A stretch of DNA of 50,138 nucleotides, taken from assembly GCA_001724265.1 (NCBI GenBank), contig MEDY01000231.1, positions 1 to 50,138 on the forward strand. The letters are read 5' to 3'. A program made the position numbers and the translations under genes. Numbering within the stretch: the stretch's first letter is position 1; every line of letters begins with the position of its first letter. The DNA is from Rhizaria sp. SCN 62-66 (lineage: Eukaryota). This document shows, piece after piece, positions 1 through 13,100 of this stretch. A model generated the notes under the pieces. That model did not search any database, was not told the DNA's origin, and was given only the letters and a program-made list of their open reading frames with translations.

Positions 1-75
<75 letters not shown>
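1..75 (-). repeat. (CAG)n microsatellite of at least 25 units, encoding polyQ in the PFKFB frame
   Basis: Uninterrupted CTG x25 on the + strand from base 1, in frame with exon 2 and truncated by the window edge. Confidence 0.95.
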
Positions 76-76
<1 letters not shown>

Positions 77-1548
77 GCGGGTTGCTGCAAGGATAGCGGC
101 TGGTGCGACTGGGACTGCGAGGATGAGCAGAGCGGGGACACAATCCCGCTCTCCGCGTCCACGGGGCCGACTGTGTTGCTGTTAGCCCCCGGCGTGCTGC
201 CAGCAGCGCTGTTGGAGCCCGTGGTGGTGCCCTGGCTGGCCGCGGCCGCGGCGGCCGTAGCGACGGCCGCGGCGGCCGCGAAGGCCTCTGCCGAGGGCAT
301 AGGCGCGCCGTAATACGCCCTGTAGTCGACGCGCGAGGGGTGTTCTTCGGAGGCGCCGGGGCGGACGAGGTAGATGGGCGCCTTGGCGATCTGCAGGTTC
401 ATGAGGAAGAAGACGAGGCGCGTCGGCAGGTAGCCGCGGATGCCGTGCGTTTCGACGCGGCGGCCGGCGTTAATGATCTTGATGTAGCTGTCCGTGGTAA
501 GCTCCGTCTCAGAGATAGTCTCGTACTGTCGCTGGTAGTTGGCGATGCGCTGGTGGAAGTCCTGCACGATGAACTCCTCGCTCTTGCCCTATAATGCGAG
601 AAAAAAATGATGTCGAAACAATAAGATGAGCTTAAATCAGTGTGACGGATGCAAAAAAATACAGTAGTTAAGTCTTTAAGAGTTAAGTGCGATATATTCT
701 CGGACCTGATAGTCTGGCGAGAAGCGCTTCGTGTCCTTGATAGTGGCCTCGATGAGGGCCTTATCGTCGCAAATGCTCTCGACCCAGATGAGCTCATAGC
801 GCAGTCCGGAGTCCTTGAGGAACTTGCGGAGGAAATCACGCCGCTCAACGTTGCTGTTGGTGGCGTCGTAGATGGCGGCCTGCCCGCCGCGCGCAAAGTA
901 GGCCAGCAGGTCCTCGGCGGCCATGCGCGCCATCTCCTCGCGCTGCGCCGTGCCCGTCGTGTTGCTAGGGTCGAAGTAGTCGGCGGGCGTGTCCTTCCCC
1001 ACCAGATGGCGCCGGTACTGGCCCAGGTTGAAGATGCGCGACTGGTAGCCTAGCCACTGCAGGTAGCGCGCGATCTTCTTCGCGATGTACGACTTGCCGC
1101 GCGCCGGCAGCCCGACCATGCCGACCACCAGGTACTGCTTGTTGTCCTTAATGTGCAAAATGGGCCGGTTGAGGAAGGACTCAAACGAGGGCCGGCTCGT
1201 GCGGAGCATGCCGCGCTGCGTCGATGACGACGTCGCCGCGGGGGTCGCGGAGTTGCCCGGGGTGCCGGGGGTCATCGGGCCGAGCACTGCGGACTGCTGC
1301 TGTGGCTGCTGGTGCTGTTGTTGCTGATCTGTCGAAGCATGCAGCGGCGCATCATCGGTCGTCATTGCAGACGAGGTTGTGTCTAGGGCGGGAATAGAAA
1401 CAGTTCTAGCGGCATTCGTTCGTGCCGATGCTTGTTGTTGCACAGCAGCAGTCGCTGGCGTTGCTGCAGTCGTGGTAGCGGGAGTTGTCGAAGAAGATAC
1501 AGGAGTAGGGGACGAGGCTCCCGCGGAGGCGGCGTGCGACGGAAGCAT
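1..1548 (-). CDS. PFKFB: 6-phosphofructo-2-kinase/fructose-2,6-bisphosphatase family protein, 3'-partial (exons 1548-706, 588-<1)
   Basis: Kinase motifs VGMVGLPARGKSY, FNLGQYRR, AIYDATN and WVESIC. Phase-0 intron 705-589 (CAG|GTCCGA...TTATAG) continues into DFHQRIANY...YIKIINAG...IRGYLPTRLVFFLMNL...PIYLVRPG, then Ala-rich and polyQ sequence running off the window. Confidence 0.92.
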
Positions 1549-2230
1549 AGGTCTATTGCGTCACTTAAGCAACGAGCAGAATAATATAGCAAAGTTTAAA
1601 AGCTAACAGCGTAAAACAGAACCAAAACAGTGAAAAGAAGTGGAAGAAATGTGATGTTAAGAGGCGAGGACGAGATTCACGAGACCCGGATCAGAGGAGG
1701 GCTTACTTATCGGGCGGGAGATGAGAAAGTTCGCAAAGGGCAAGCAGAAGAAAGAGACGTATAAGTGAAAACACTTAAAACTATCCAACGTCACAAGCCG
1801 AAGCAATCTGACGGACACCCCACAGGGATAAATGAGCTTTGCATTGACTGAGTCGACCATCTCTCGGTCACTGGTCCAACCAAGAAGTGACCGTGGGCAG
1901 CGGCCAGGTGACCGTGAGCAGCGGGTTTAAGGGCGGTCGAAGCCTCCTTGGGAGGCCCAGAAGGCCCTCTAAAGCGACGTCTAGGGCCCGCAGTCGTCAA
2001 GAGACGCACACTTAGTATCGATTTATTTAACATTCATGGGCTGGTTTATGTTGTGGTCATGTCTAGATTTGCTGAAGACCCTGATGTCCCCTGCTGAAAA
2101 ACGGGGGATGATGAGCACTCGACTCACAGTTGCCCAGTGCACCTCCTTCGCTTAACGACCTTTGTTCGACCCCACGCCATCGTCAGCCGCGCTTACCATT
2201 GCTCTCCGTTGTGTATTACTTCTTCTATAG

Positions 2231-4058
2231 ATGCGGGTCGCGCTTTCTGTAGCGCTCCTGTTAATCCTTGGAACGCTGGGTTCCGCCGTCCAGTTGGACG
2301 ATGCCCAGCGTCTGCAAGGTACGTTCTCCTTTCTCTTTGACTCGTACCAACCGCACACCCGTTCAATGGCGGGTTGCGTCCTACTATTGTACACTCAACA
2401 CGCTTAAATACTATTTCAAAATACTCACATCCGCCTTCGCTTCTCTCTGTGCCCCTGCTATCCCTTCGCCTGACCCCACAGGTCGTGTGGCTCCCGAGCT
2501 CGGAGCCGCGTTCGCCGAGCTGTCGGTGCTCGCGCCCGGCGGCCCCGCCGCTAGCTCTGGCTCCGGTACTCTGGACGCGTTTGCTGAGCTGGAGGACTAC
2601 TTCAAGGACGTTAACGCACCCATCTCGCTTGACCTTCTACCGAGGGAGCTCCGCACCCCTCTTGAGCAGCTCACCCCGCTGACCAAGTGTGCGAAGCCTT
2701 CCCAGGCGCGCGTCTCCCTCGAGCCCTTCAACGCCAACAAGGCCATCTCCCGCGAGCTCCTCACGGCGATCATCGGTAAGCCCGAGCGTTTTGCCGAGCT
2801 CGAGCGCACCGTCAAGGCGCACTCGTTCTCGTGCATCGACTCGCGCAAGCAGGGTCCGATCCTCGGCACCCCCGGCGGCGACTTCGGCGAGTTCCTCGTC
2901 GCGCTTTCGGTCACCGAGGACTTCCTCAACAACCCCTTCAGTGAGGAAGAGATCTTCCAGCTCCTGCGTCAGTTCGTCACCTGGAACGTCCGCAACAACG
3001 CGACCTTCTTCCTCAACACTGACGAGGCCGCCGTGTCGACGCTGGCCTCGCACCTCCACGTCAACGGCCTCACGCGCGTCGTCACCGACGTTGACATGCA
3101 GAACCCGCCGTTGTCTCTGCGCGACGAGATGCTCGAGCTGCTCGCCGACCCCGTGCATCAGGGCTCGCGCATCCTCAAAGCCTTCCTGCAGTTCCCCGAC
3201 AAGTTCCGCCTCCGCGCGGGGCTCGCGCCCGCGCTGCTGCGCGCCGCGCACCGCCTGCTGTGGGACCGGCTCGACAAGGCCGCCGACGGCTCGCTCATCT
3301 ACAAGCGCATTAACCTCGAGGTGTACTCCGGCGAGCCGCAGCCGCGCGCGTGGATTTCGGTCCGCTCCTCGCAGGGCTGCGAGGTCGCCGGCGCCGCGCA
3401 CGCCTTCTCGCCCATCAACGTCGTGAACCGCGCCGTGGTGCCGCAGACGGCCGCCGAGAAGGCCGCCGCCGCTGCTGCTGCCGCCGCCGCGACGGCCGCG
3501 GCCCCCGCGCGCGGCGTGGACGTGGCCCAGGCCGCCGCGACCAAGTCGTTCATCGAGGCCGGGCTCAGCGTCGACGGCGCCGACCTCGCCGCGATGGGGC
3601 TCGCCGACGACGGGCTCTTTGCCTTCGTCGAGACGGCCGCCGCGGTGCGCCGCAACACGCCCGCCGTGCTGGGCAAGCTCGCCGCCGCCGTCAGCGCCGC
3701 CAAGAACAGCAGCGGCAACGGCAACGACACCAAGGATGCTGGTGCGAACAAGACTAACAGCACTGTCGCGCCCTTCGGCAAGAAGTACTCTGGCGAGCTG
3801 GAGCACCAGTCTGCCAACGGCGCCAAGCAGGTCGAGTCAGACCCGAACCTGGTGCCTGTGCAGGCCTTCGTGCACCACCCCGACGCCGTGCGCGACCTGC
3901 GCAAGTGGCTGTCGCGCTTCTTCGCGCTGCGCTTCCCCGCCGCGGCGTCGGAGCAGGTCATGATGCAGACCATCACGCGCCGCCAGGAGGCCGTGCTGCA
4001 GGCCGTCGCTGAGAGCGTCGGCAGCGACCTGCCCTTCTACACCATCACCATCGAGTAA
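2231..4058 (+). CDS. Secreted protein (about 554 aa) with a CDCA/beta-carbonic-anhydrase-like CxDxR...GTPGGD motif (exons 2231-2318, 2482-4058)
   Basis: ATG at 2231 gives a signal peptide, MRVALSVALLLILGTLGSA. Phase-1 intron 2319-2481 (G|GTACGT...CTGAC..CACAG) joins the long ORF. Motif FSCIDSRKQGPILGTPGGDFGEF; TAA stop. The gene is well supported, the family call is tentative. Confidence 0.75.
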
Positions 4059-4549
4059 GCGGCGGGGTGGATTGGTTTGTGTTTTATGATAGGTTGCTTG
4101 GTTGGTGTCAATTCTGTTTTTGTTTGTTAGGTGGTGTGTCGGTCGGAGGGTTGTCTCGTGTGTTTGGTCGGTTTGAGTTCGGGTAGTGTTGTTCGATGAC
4201 AGACTCGCTCAGCGGCTGAATGTGATGCGTGTGTGCCAGAATGTCTCCTCGTGTCTGCTTTTGACAAGTATGAATCCGTGGACGCAACTTGCGCGTGTCA
4301 AATGATGAAAAAGAATACATATCATAGTTTTATTTCAAATGAATATACGTATCCTGTTTGGACTTCTAAAGTTGGCTATTGTATGACAAACACAGACAGA
4401 AACTCAGAAAAACGGCACATTGTTACTGAAGCAAAGTTTACTTGACTTGTTCAGCGTTGCTCTCCTCGCAATGGCACGCGGGTAATTTGTTGATCGCAGG
4501 GTGTGCGACACACATGGATTGAATCGGACGGATAAAACGGCAGTTCGGC

Positions 4550-5432
4550 TTACGCCTTGTTGTCGCCAGCGAGGACGAACGACAGGAGGCCCGAGACGCC
4601 ACCGGCGTTAACAAACACGCCGGTCACGGCGGCACCCAGCATGACGAGCATGGAGATGTCCGCAATGACCACGCCAAGCTTGCGGCCCTCGCCGCCCTTA
4701 GCGATGTAGCCGCGCGCGTAGACGATGCGGCCAACGAAGTGGATGATGGAGAGGATGACCGTGAGGCGGGTGTAGAAGACACCCGCAGCGAGCATGAAGG
4801 TGATGGTCGCGGGGAGCTTCTCGAGGAAGTTCTGGTGCGCACGCTGGTAGGAATTGAAGACAATCCAGTCCTCCATCGAGAGCTTCTCGGCGAACTTGCC
4901 GCAGCCCTGGTTGGGTGCAGGTTCAAAGCAAGGAGAGCAGAGATTTAAAAAAAAAAAAAAAAAAAAGACCGGGTTTGGGGAGAGATGAGTCAAAATATGG
5001 CAAGGAGGATCGAAGGCTTAAAAAGCATTTTTAAAATATAGCATATTCCAACATGGTCTAAAAAGTGGGAATGAGTTTGAATCGAAATGAAGATGATATG
5101 GCCACATCTTTATGTTAGATATGAGTTGAAACGCACCTGGTCAGGGTAGCCGTGCTCGGGGGGGCGCTTGAGCTCGGGGAAATGAGTGGCAAAGAATTTC
5201 TTGCCAAAGAAGCGGCGGCGGGCAGTGCCAGAAGCAACCCATCCCTGTGTTAGAGCAGCGTGTAATGTGCGGGCAAGAAGAGGAAGATGGTGAGCACGAG
5301 TCGGAAAGGAACAGGGCAGATATGTGGTGGACAAGGAAAATGAAGTCAACGTACGATAAGCTGGCACTGGAGAGCCGTAAGGACGGCCATAAGGAGCACC
5401 CAAGCGTACTCAGTGGCAACGGTAAGAGCCAT
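4550..5432 (-). CDS. MAPEG family membrane protein (microsomal glutathione S-transferase 3-like), exons 5432-5355, 5244-5137, 4906-4550
   Basis: Spliced product MALTVATEYAWVLL...ARRRFF...GYPDQGCGKFAEKLSMEDWIVFNSYQRAHQNFLE...GRIVYARGY. FNxxQRAHQNxLE and GRxxYxxGY are MAPEG motifs. Two phase-0 GT-AG introns, one with a CTAAC branch point; TAA stop. Confidence 0.9.
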
Positions 5433-6111
5433 TTTGCTGTCGCAAGAAGGTAAAGTAGCAAAATCGAGGTGGATGTGAGACCAAAAGGAGCAAGATTTGA
5501 TGTGGGTAGAGTACCGCAATATCGAGAGTAGATATGGCAGTGTTACAGGCAGTGATTCGCTCTGTACTAAAATGAAAATGGTATTCTAACGCACAAATTC
5601 TTAACTCAACTAAGATCAACCGACTTCACCCTTAATACTAGCGCAAACAACTCGCCCAAAGAAGTTGACGCTCTCTGCTTTTGCGGTGGGCGGTCACGTT
5701 CGAGAATCCCCTCGACGTCGCCACACGCACCGACCACAACCAGCGCGATCAGACACAAACGACGACCTACCATACTACAAACAACATTTTATCTCAGAAA
5801 TAAGCCCAATTGGTGCGTTTTCATTCTTCATTTGTCGTCTCTATTGAACTTTTGTTTCGTGAAAGTGTTATATACTTGTCCTGGCCTCTTGTACATGTGT
5901 GCCTTGGAGAATGTGCAAATCGCCGAAACAAGTTGAATAATCCATAAAATCCACGATAAACAAGGCAAAAAGCATGCTACAGCTTAGGAAACTCCACCCA
6001 TGTTATAAAAGCGCGCTTTTAAAGCGATAAATATTTCACCATGCCCAATAGTATTCGTATCCAACATATTTCTCTGTTCATATCTCTCAGCCAATACCCC
6101 CTCTTGCTTGC

Positions 6112-8090
6112 TCACACGTCCTCGAAGCCCTCCGCGGTCGCGATGGCATCCCCGGCGGACCCTAGCTTGGTGTTCATGGTCTCGACCGTGAACTGCACGG
6201 TGACGAGCGCGCCCAGCGCCGCAGTGGCCGCGCATGCCGCCAGCACGGGCGCCACGCCAGCCTTGTCCAGCACCAGCGGCAGGCAGAAGGATCCCAGCAC
6301 GGCGCCCAGCTTGCCCGCCGCGGCCGAGATGCCGTGGCCCGCGGCGGCAATGTGGCGCGGAAAGCACTCGCCGGGCATGATGAATGTGGTGAGGTTCGGC
6401 CCGGCGTTGCCGAAGAAGAATGTCAGTCCGTAGAAGGCCGTAAAGAGCCCGTGGATGAGCGCGGGGGACCCCACCGCGCCCTGGAGCTCCTGCGCGGCCG
6501 CCGCGGCGCCGTCGTCAAGCGCAGGGGTTGGGAAGGCGCTGTAGTCGGGCTGCACGGTGCCATCGTTGAGCCAGGATGCCGCCTCAAGCACGGAGGTGTA
6601 GCGCGTGTAAAGGATCATCATGGCCAGGTAGCAGGCCGCCATGAGCGCGAAACCGACAGACTGGATGCGCTTGCGGCCCCAGCGGTCAATCACCATCGCG
6701 CCCGCCCAGTAGCCTGTGAGCAAAGGCGCAGAGACAGAAGAACAAATAGATTCATATACACAAAGAAGAGCATAAGTGAGCACAGTCAGTCTTAACAGTT
6801 GATAGTTTGAATCATATAGCACACATAAATACAGCATAGGAGGAGTCAGAGCGAATCATATGTGTGCGCGCACGTACCAGGCACGGCCATGCCGGCGATG
6901 ACGAGCGCGACGCGCGCCAGGTGCATGACGTGTTTGTGCACGTCTTCGGCCGGCGCGTCCTGCGGCAGCGGCGTCGTGTGCGCCAGCAGCGTCGCCGAGA
7001 ACATCGCGTTGGCATAGAACACAACGTCGAAGAGGAACCACGCAGCCGAGGTGCCGAACATGAGCGTGCCGTAGCGGCGCAGCTCGGCCAGTTTGGTCGC
7101 CAGCGGCAGCGCGTCGTAGTAGGCTGCGTCGCTGTCCTCCCGCGCGCGGTGGCCCTCCTCAACCGTCGCCGCCCCACCGCCCGCGCCGCCCACGCTGGCG
7201 GCAGAGGCGGCGCTGTCGGAGGCGTCGCTGCCCGCGGCGTTGGCATCGCCGTCGTCAAGCGAGGCCGCCACGGCGGGGTCCTTAAGGATGATACGGTAGT
7301 AAAGCAGCACTGCGCCGGGGGCCGCGGTGGCGAGTAATGAAAGCCGCCAGACGAGGCCCAGCCCGGCGGCACCGGGAGGCGCAAAGGTGATGAGCAGCAG
7401 CACGACAACGGGCGCGCCCAGGCAGCCCAGCGCCTGCATGAGGAACAGCGCCGACATGGCGCGGCCGCGGCCCGACGCGTCTCTGCTAGAGTTGCTGTTG
7501 GAGTTGAAGTGCGTGGTATCAGCCGAGAGCACGGCGGCAAGCGGGTACTCGCCGCCGATGCCGATGCCCATGACGAAGCGCGAGACGATCATCCAGGACA
7601 CGAACAGCGGCTCCGAGCTGGTGAGCGCAAGCGCAGAGGTGACGGCTCCGGCGATGACGATGATCTGCGTGGCGACGAAGATCTTGGTCCGCGCGATGCC
7701 CGGCGCGAGTGCGAGCGCGCCGAAGAAGAGCTGGCCGAGCATCTTGCCGATCTGCGCCGTGGTGGCGACGATGCCGAGCGAGAGCGGGGAGAGCTCGGCC
7801 TGCGTGTGGACGAGCAGGATGAGCACGAGGTTCATGGCGAACGAGTCGTAAGCGCTGTTAAGGAAGCAGAGGCCTAGCACGAAGACTCGCATCCACCCGT
7901 GCGGGTTCTCCACGTCGAACCATCCGTACGACTTGCCGCCGCCGCTGCCGCTGCTGCCGCCGCCACTGCTGTAGTCGTAACTGTCGGGCTTGGCTGGGTG
8001 GCCGTCGAGCAGGCGCGCGGCCTCTTGCGCTGAGTCGCTGTCGTCGCCGGCGTCGCGGATGTACGAACCGCTGGACTTGGAACGGCCCAT
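6112..8090 (-). CDS. PHO84: MFS inorganic phosphate:H+ symporter (PHS/Pho84/PHT1 family), exons 8090-6878, 6713-6112
   Basis: Motifs AYDSFAMN, GQLFFG, GIGIGGEYPLAAV (PHT1 signature GGDYPLSA), RGRAMSALFLMQALG, WFLFDVVFYA, PG|YW, FFGNAGPNLTTFIMPGECFP and HGISAAAGKLGA. Phase-1 intron 6877-6714; TGA stop. Confidence 0.9.
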
Positions 8091-8832
8091 AGGGTGTAGA
8101 CACGCGCGGGGGGCGGAAAGCGGGGTGAAAATAGGACGGACGCGATGTACGTGCGGTGTTCTTAGTGCGGGAGCAAAAAGATCGAGAAAGGCTCTAACGA
8201 GGTAGAGCTATCAAAGACAATAACGACCTATAAAAGAGTGACTGTAGGGACGTCGCAAGCATGCGCGTACATTTACGAGTAGGTAAGATTAGATATGAGT
8301 GTGAATGTGCGAGAATTGACTATATCGAGTACGTGTTGGAAGGCTGGGTGGGTGCAATGTCATCAGCCAAAGAGAGCGATGATGAGGTTCAGTTATGCAA
8401 GTGCAGGGAGTGTCCGTGTTCGTATAAAGATACGAAAATAAGCCGATATGCAAAAGCATAGCTGTAGTACAGTTATATCTCGACCCCAGCTTTACCAACG
8501 GTCTCAGTGACGAGTCTCATCAAGATATGTTTCCTCCTTGTTCCTTTGCTCAGCTCGGCTGTGCTCGCGGTCAACGAGCCGAGAAAAGTGGCTGTGGCTG
8601 AGATTTTCTAGCTGCATTATATCGCTCCAAGACCGTCTGAATTCAAAATCAACGCCTGCAATAGCACTAATGCGCATCAAAGTTTCTTTTTTTTTATTCA
8701 GCATGCTCACACACTCTTCATGCCTCTCCCCGCGCCTCCCATCTCCGCAGCTACCCCGAACACGCACTTCGCGCCTCCAGCGCCCGCTTCCGCCCCGTAC
8801 CGCCGCCGCACGTCTTCTCTCCTGCCCGTGCG

Positions 8833-11800
8833 ATGTCTGAATTGCGTCCGTCGTACCTCGACGACCCGTTCTTTGCCGAGACGCCCGTGGCAGTGAACCC
8901 GCTGTGGCAGGGCGACCTCAAGGCGCGCCTCGCAGCGCACAAAGAGCAGCGTAGGCTCGCGGCCCTCGCACGCGGCAGGCCCGTGGCCGCCGCCGCTGCG
9001 CCCGCCGCAGCCCCTGCGCGAGTGCCGAGTGCAGCCGCGCCGGCCGCGCCCGTCGGCAGTGTGTTCGCGGGCACAGCTGCCATCTTCGGCCCCGCCGCGA
9101 CGCCCGCCGCGAGCGCCGCCACGGCTGCGAGTCTGGCTAACAGCAGTGGTGCCTCCGCCTCTGCCTCTGCAGCTGACTCGAGCGCTGCGTCTGTGTCTGC
9201 GGCCGCGATTTACGGCGCTGATGACATTGCGGCCGCTTTTGCGACGGGTATCGTCGCCGGCGCGGGTGTGAACAAGTCGCAGAGCATAGGCCCGATCCCA
9301 GCAGCTGCTACTGCGAGCGCTGCGAGTGCATCTTCCTCTGCGGCGACTGCAGCTATGCCTGCGGTGACCTCCAGCTCGAGTTCGAGCTCTCGTCTAGACG
9401 GCGCACACAGTGAGGCTGCAACCAGTGCAGGCGTCGCAATGAATGACTCGTACACTGTCCACGACAAGGACGACGACAGCCACAGCACCTCCGACGCAGC
9501 AGTGTCGCTGGATGAGTCCACGCTGAGTGACCATCGCAACATGAGCGCGAACAGCATCAACGACTTCCTCCTCGTGGCCGAGAGCCCCATCCTCGCCCCT
9601 CGCGCCCCTCAGCAGCAGCAACAGCACAATCACATGGGCGAAGACAGTGACAATAGTGTCTCTTCATCTGCCAGCACCAACGCCATCGACAGTGACAGCG
9701 ACGACAACGAATTCATCTCGCTGTCGGCCTTTGTCGAAGATGACCCCTATGCGGCGCCCACTGCCCGCGAGTACGCGCGCGCCGCCTACGTCGCCTCGCC
9801 GCCCGGGCGCCCGCCGTGGTGTCCCGCCCCCGCGGCCGCGCCCGCCGCGCCCGCGCTCGCGCTCGCGCACCTGCCTGTGCTCTCCGCCGCCGAGGCCGCC
9901 GTGGCCGCCGCCGCGGAAACGGTCAACCAAAGCAGCAGCGCCGGCAGCGGCTGTGGTGCGGGCGCGGAGCCGCTGCTGCGCCCGCGCGCCGCGCTGCTGT
10001 CTGGCGCCGCGGCCCGCGCGGGGCTGCCGCCGCTGGAGCGGCTGCACGAGGAGGTGCTCGACTTCGTGCAGTTCATCTCGCCGACGCAGGAGGAGCGGCG
10101 CGCGCGCGAGGCCGTGCTGAAGCGCGTCAACGCCGTGGTGCAGTCGTTGTGGCGTGATGCCTCGGTCCAGCCCTTCGGCTCCTCGCTCACGGGTCTCTAC
10201 CTGCCGCGCTCAGACCTAGACCTGGTGCTCACGAAGCCCATGACGGGCGATGAGGCGCGCGAGGTCGCCAAGCGCAAGCGGTGGATCCAGCACAACGGCG
10301 GCCGCGTGGGCGACTGCGCCTTCAGCAAAGGCGTGTTCGATCGGCTCACGCGCGCGCTCGCGGCGCAGGGGCTGGCGCGCGACGTCGAGGTCATCGCCCG
10401 CGCGCGCGTGCCCATCGCCAAGTTCACCGAGCCGGCCACAGGGCTCAAGATCGACGTGTGCATCAACGAGACTGGCGGCGTCGCCACTGCGCGGTTCATC
10501 TTGGAGCACGCGCTGCCCATCCCGGCTTTCCGTCCGCTCGTGCTTGTGCTCAAGCACTTCCTCGCCGCGCGCGGGCTCGCTGAGACCTACGGCGGCGGTG
10601 TCGGCTCATTCCTGCTGCAGCTCATGGTGCTGGGCTACTTGCAGCACCACCCTTTGCGCGGCAGCGTGCGCGACCTGCGTCACCCCGCCACGGCCCTGGG
10701 ACTCGGCGCGCGCGAGGCCGCTGTGCTCGCCGCCGCCGGCGCGCCAGAGGCCGCGGTCGCCGCCGTCGCAGGACTTGCCGCCGCAGCCGCTGCGGTTACT
10801 GCAACCGTCAACCATGACGCGAGCTCGAGCTCCAACTCGAGCTCTGCGAGTGCGAGCGCGAGCGCGGGTGTGGCTGATGACAGCGCTAGCGCCAGTGCCA
10901 GCGCCAGTGCGAGTGCGGCTGCAGTCGGCGCGGCGTCGTCGCTGCCGCCGCTGCCGGTCTCTGACGCCGACAGCCACGCTAACTTGGGCTCTCTGCTGCT
11001 GGGCTTCTTCTCCTTCTACACCACGGACCTCAACTACACTAAGGTTGGGCTCACGGTGCTGCACGGCGGCGCCGTCTTCAAGAAGGCGCAGCGCCGCTGG
11101 TTCAATCCCACGCGCCCCGCGCTGCTATCGATTGAGAACCCGGTGGACTCGGACCACGACGTAGGCGCCAACTCGTACGCCATCGCGCGTGTGCGCCGTG
11201 CTTTCCTGGCCGCGGCCGCCGCCGTGCGCGCGCGCGTGGCGGCCGAGACTGAGGCGTACCTGTGCGTGCGCGGGGCCAAGGCGCGCGCCGCGAGGGCCGA
11301 CGCCGCGCGCGACGCGCGCAAGCGTAGGGCTCGGCTCGCCGCCGCTAAGGGCAACGGCGGCGGCGTGATGGACGCGAAGCAGCGGCGCGCGGCGGCGGCG
11401 GCGGAGGCGTTGGGGCTGCCGTTCGCCGTGGGCAGCGGCGCGCTGGAGGAGCTCGTGTCGGCGAGCGAAAGCGGCAGCGACGGCGACTGTGCCACGCTGG
11501 GCGACTCGGACGACAGCGACGACGACGATGACTCGGTGTACAACCGTCGCGGTGGCAAGAACAACATCGGCAAGCGCGGTGGCAAGGGCGAGCTCACTGG
11601 CACCGTCAGCAACAAGGGTAAACAGCAGCGGAGTGGGGGGAATGCGCGCGACATCCCGATCGCCATCAGCGACACGGACAGTGACGCCGAAGCGGGCAGC
11701 AACCAGCCGCAATCAGTTGGCCCCAGTGACGTTGACGCGTCGGCGCTTGCACCGTCGGTGGTGCCCCCGCTGACGGCCTTCATTCCGTCGAACCCGTTTG

Positions 11801-13059
11801 TGTGGCCCGCGCTGCTGCCGCCGCCATGCGCCGGCTATTCACTCGCGCTGCTCGCCGCGCCAGTCACCTCGTTCGCCGCCCTCAACGCCAGCTCCTCCGC
11901 CCTCGCCAGCTCCAGCTCGAGCATTGCGAGTGCGAGTCAGCCGCTGGGGCAGTACACGAGCGCGCGCCGCGCGCACGCCGCCGCGGCGGCCGCGGGATGG
12001 GCCGCGGCGCCGCTGCTGCCTCTGACGCCTGCGCTCGAGGCCGCGCTGCAAGCGGAGATCCTGCGCGCAGCAAAGAAGGCCCGCCGCATCTACAAGCGCG
12101 CCGCGCGCACCGCTCTCCTCGCCGCGGCGGCTGCTGCTTCCAGTGAGCAGAGTGACCGTGGGCAGCGGGAGGTCACTGTTTCGCTGCCGGTGCACGTCGC
12201 TGTGCTGCCCGAGGGCTGGCTGGCAGCGGCCGCAGCGGCGCCCTCGCTGCTGCAGCTGCTGCTGCCTGTGACGCCCGAGGACATCGTGGGCCGCCACCCA
12301 CGCGGGGCCGACGCTGCCGCCGTGGACGCCGCACGCGTGGCCGCCGCCGCCGCCGCGGGCGGACTCGCCTGGCTCGCCAACGCCAACGCTAATGATGACT
12401 CACACTCTGGCTCCAACTGCCACGGCCACGGCCACGGCAAGGGCGCGGGCGAGAGCGTGAGTCTGGCGGCATGGAGCTCGCCGTTCGTGCCGTTGTGGGA
12501 CGGTGACGCCGACACGGCCGTGGACGTCGAGGCCGAGGAGGCCGGGCGCGCCGCGCTGGGCGCCGTTGCCAAGCTCGAGCGCGCGCTCGCGGGACGCGTC
12601 GCCGCGGCCGACTGGGGCGCGGCGGCCGCAGCCAGGTGGGAGCGCGCGCACAGGGCCGGCGAAGAGGAGGCGGCGCGCGGCGCGGCGGCGGCGGCGGGCG
12701 CGGGGAGCAAAGACAAAAGCAAAAAGGGTAAGGGCAAGGGCGCTGACGGTGACAGCCAGGGCGCTGGAAACGCTGGCAGTCAGGCTGATGTGGACGCCTT
12801 CTGGGCTCAGTACGACGACGAGGAGCTCAATAGCGGCAGCAACAGCGGTAAGAAGGACAAGAAGGACAAGAAAGACAAAAAGGACAAAAAGGACAAGAAG
12901 GACAAGGAGAGTGCGTCTGAAGCTGCCACTGCAAAGAAGGATAAAAAGGACAAGAAGGACAAGAAGGACTGCGAGCACGAGAGCGTCGCCAGCCTCGCCG
13001 CTGCCGCTGCCTCTGCCGCTACTGCGAAGAACAAGGGCAAGGACAACAATGCACATCAA

Positions 13060-13100
<41 letters not shown>

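Noticed and set aside
2072-2115. Hammerhead ribozyme (CTGAAGA...GAAA) or SECIS element
   Set aside because: Stem II cannot form for a hammerhead. The helix is too short for a SECIS and it is not in a 3' UTR.
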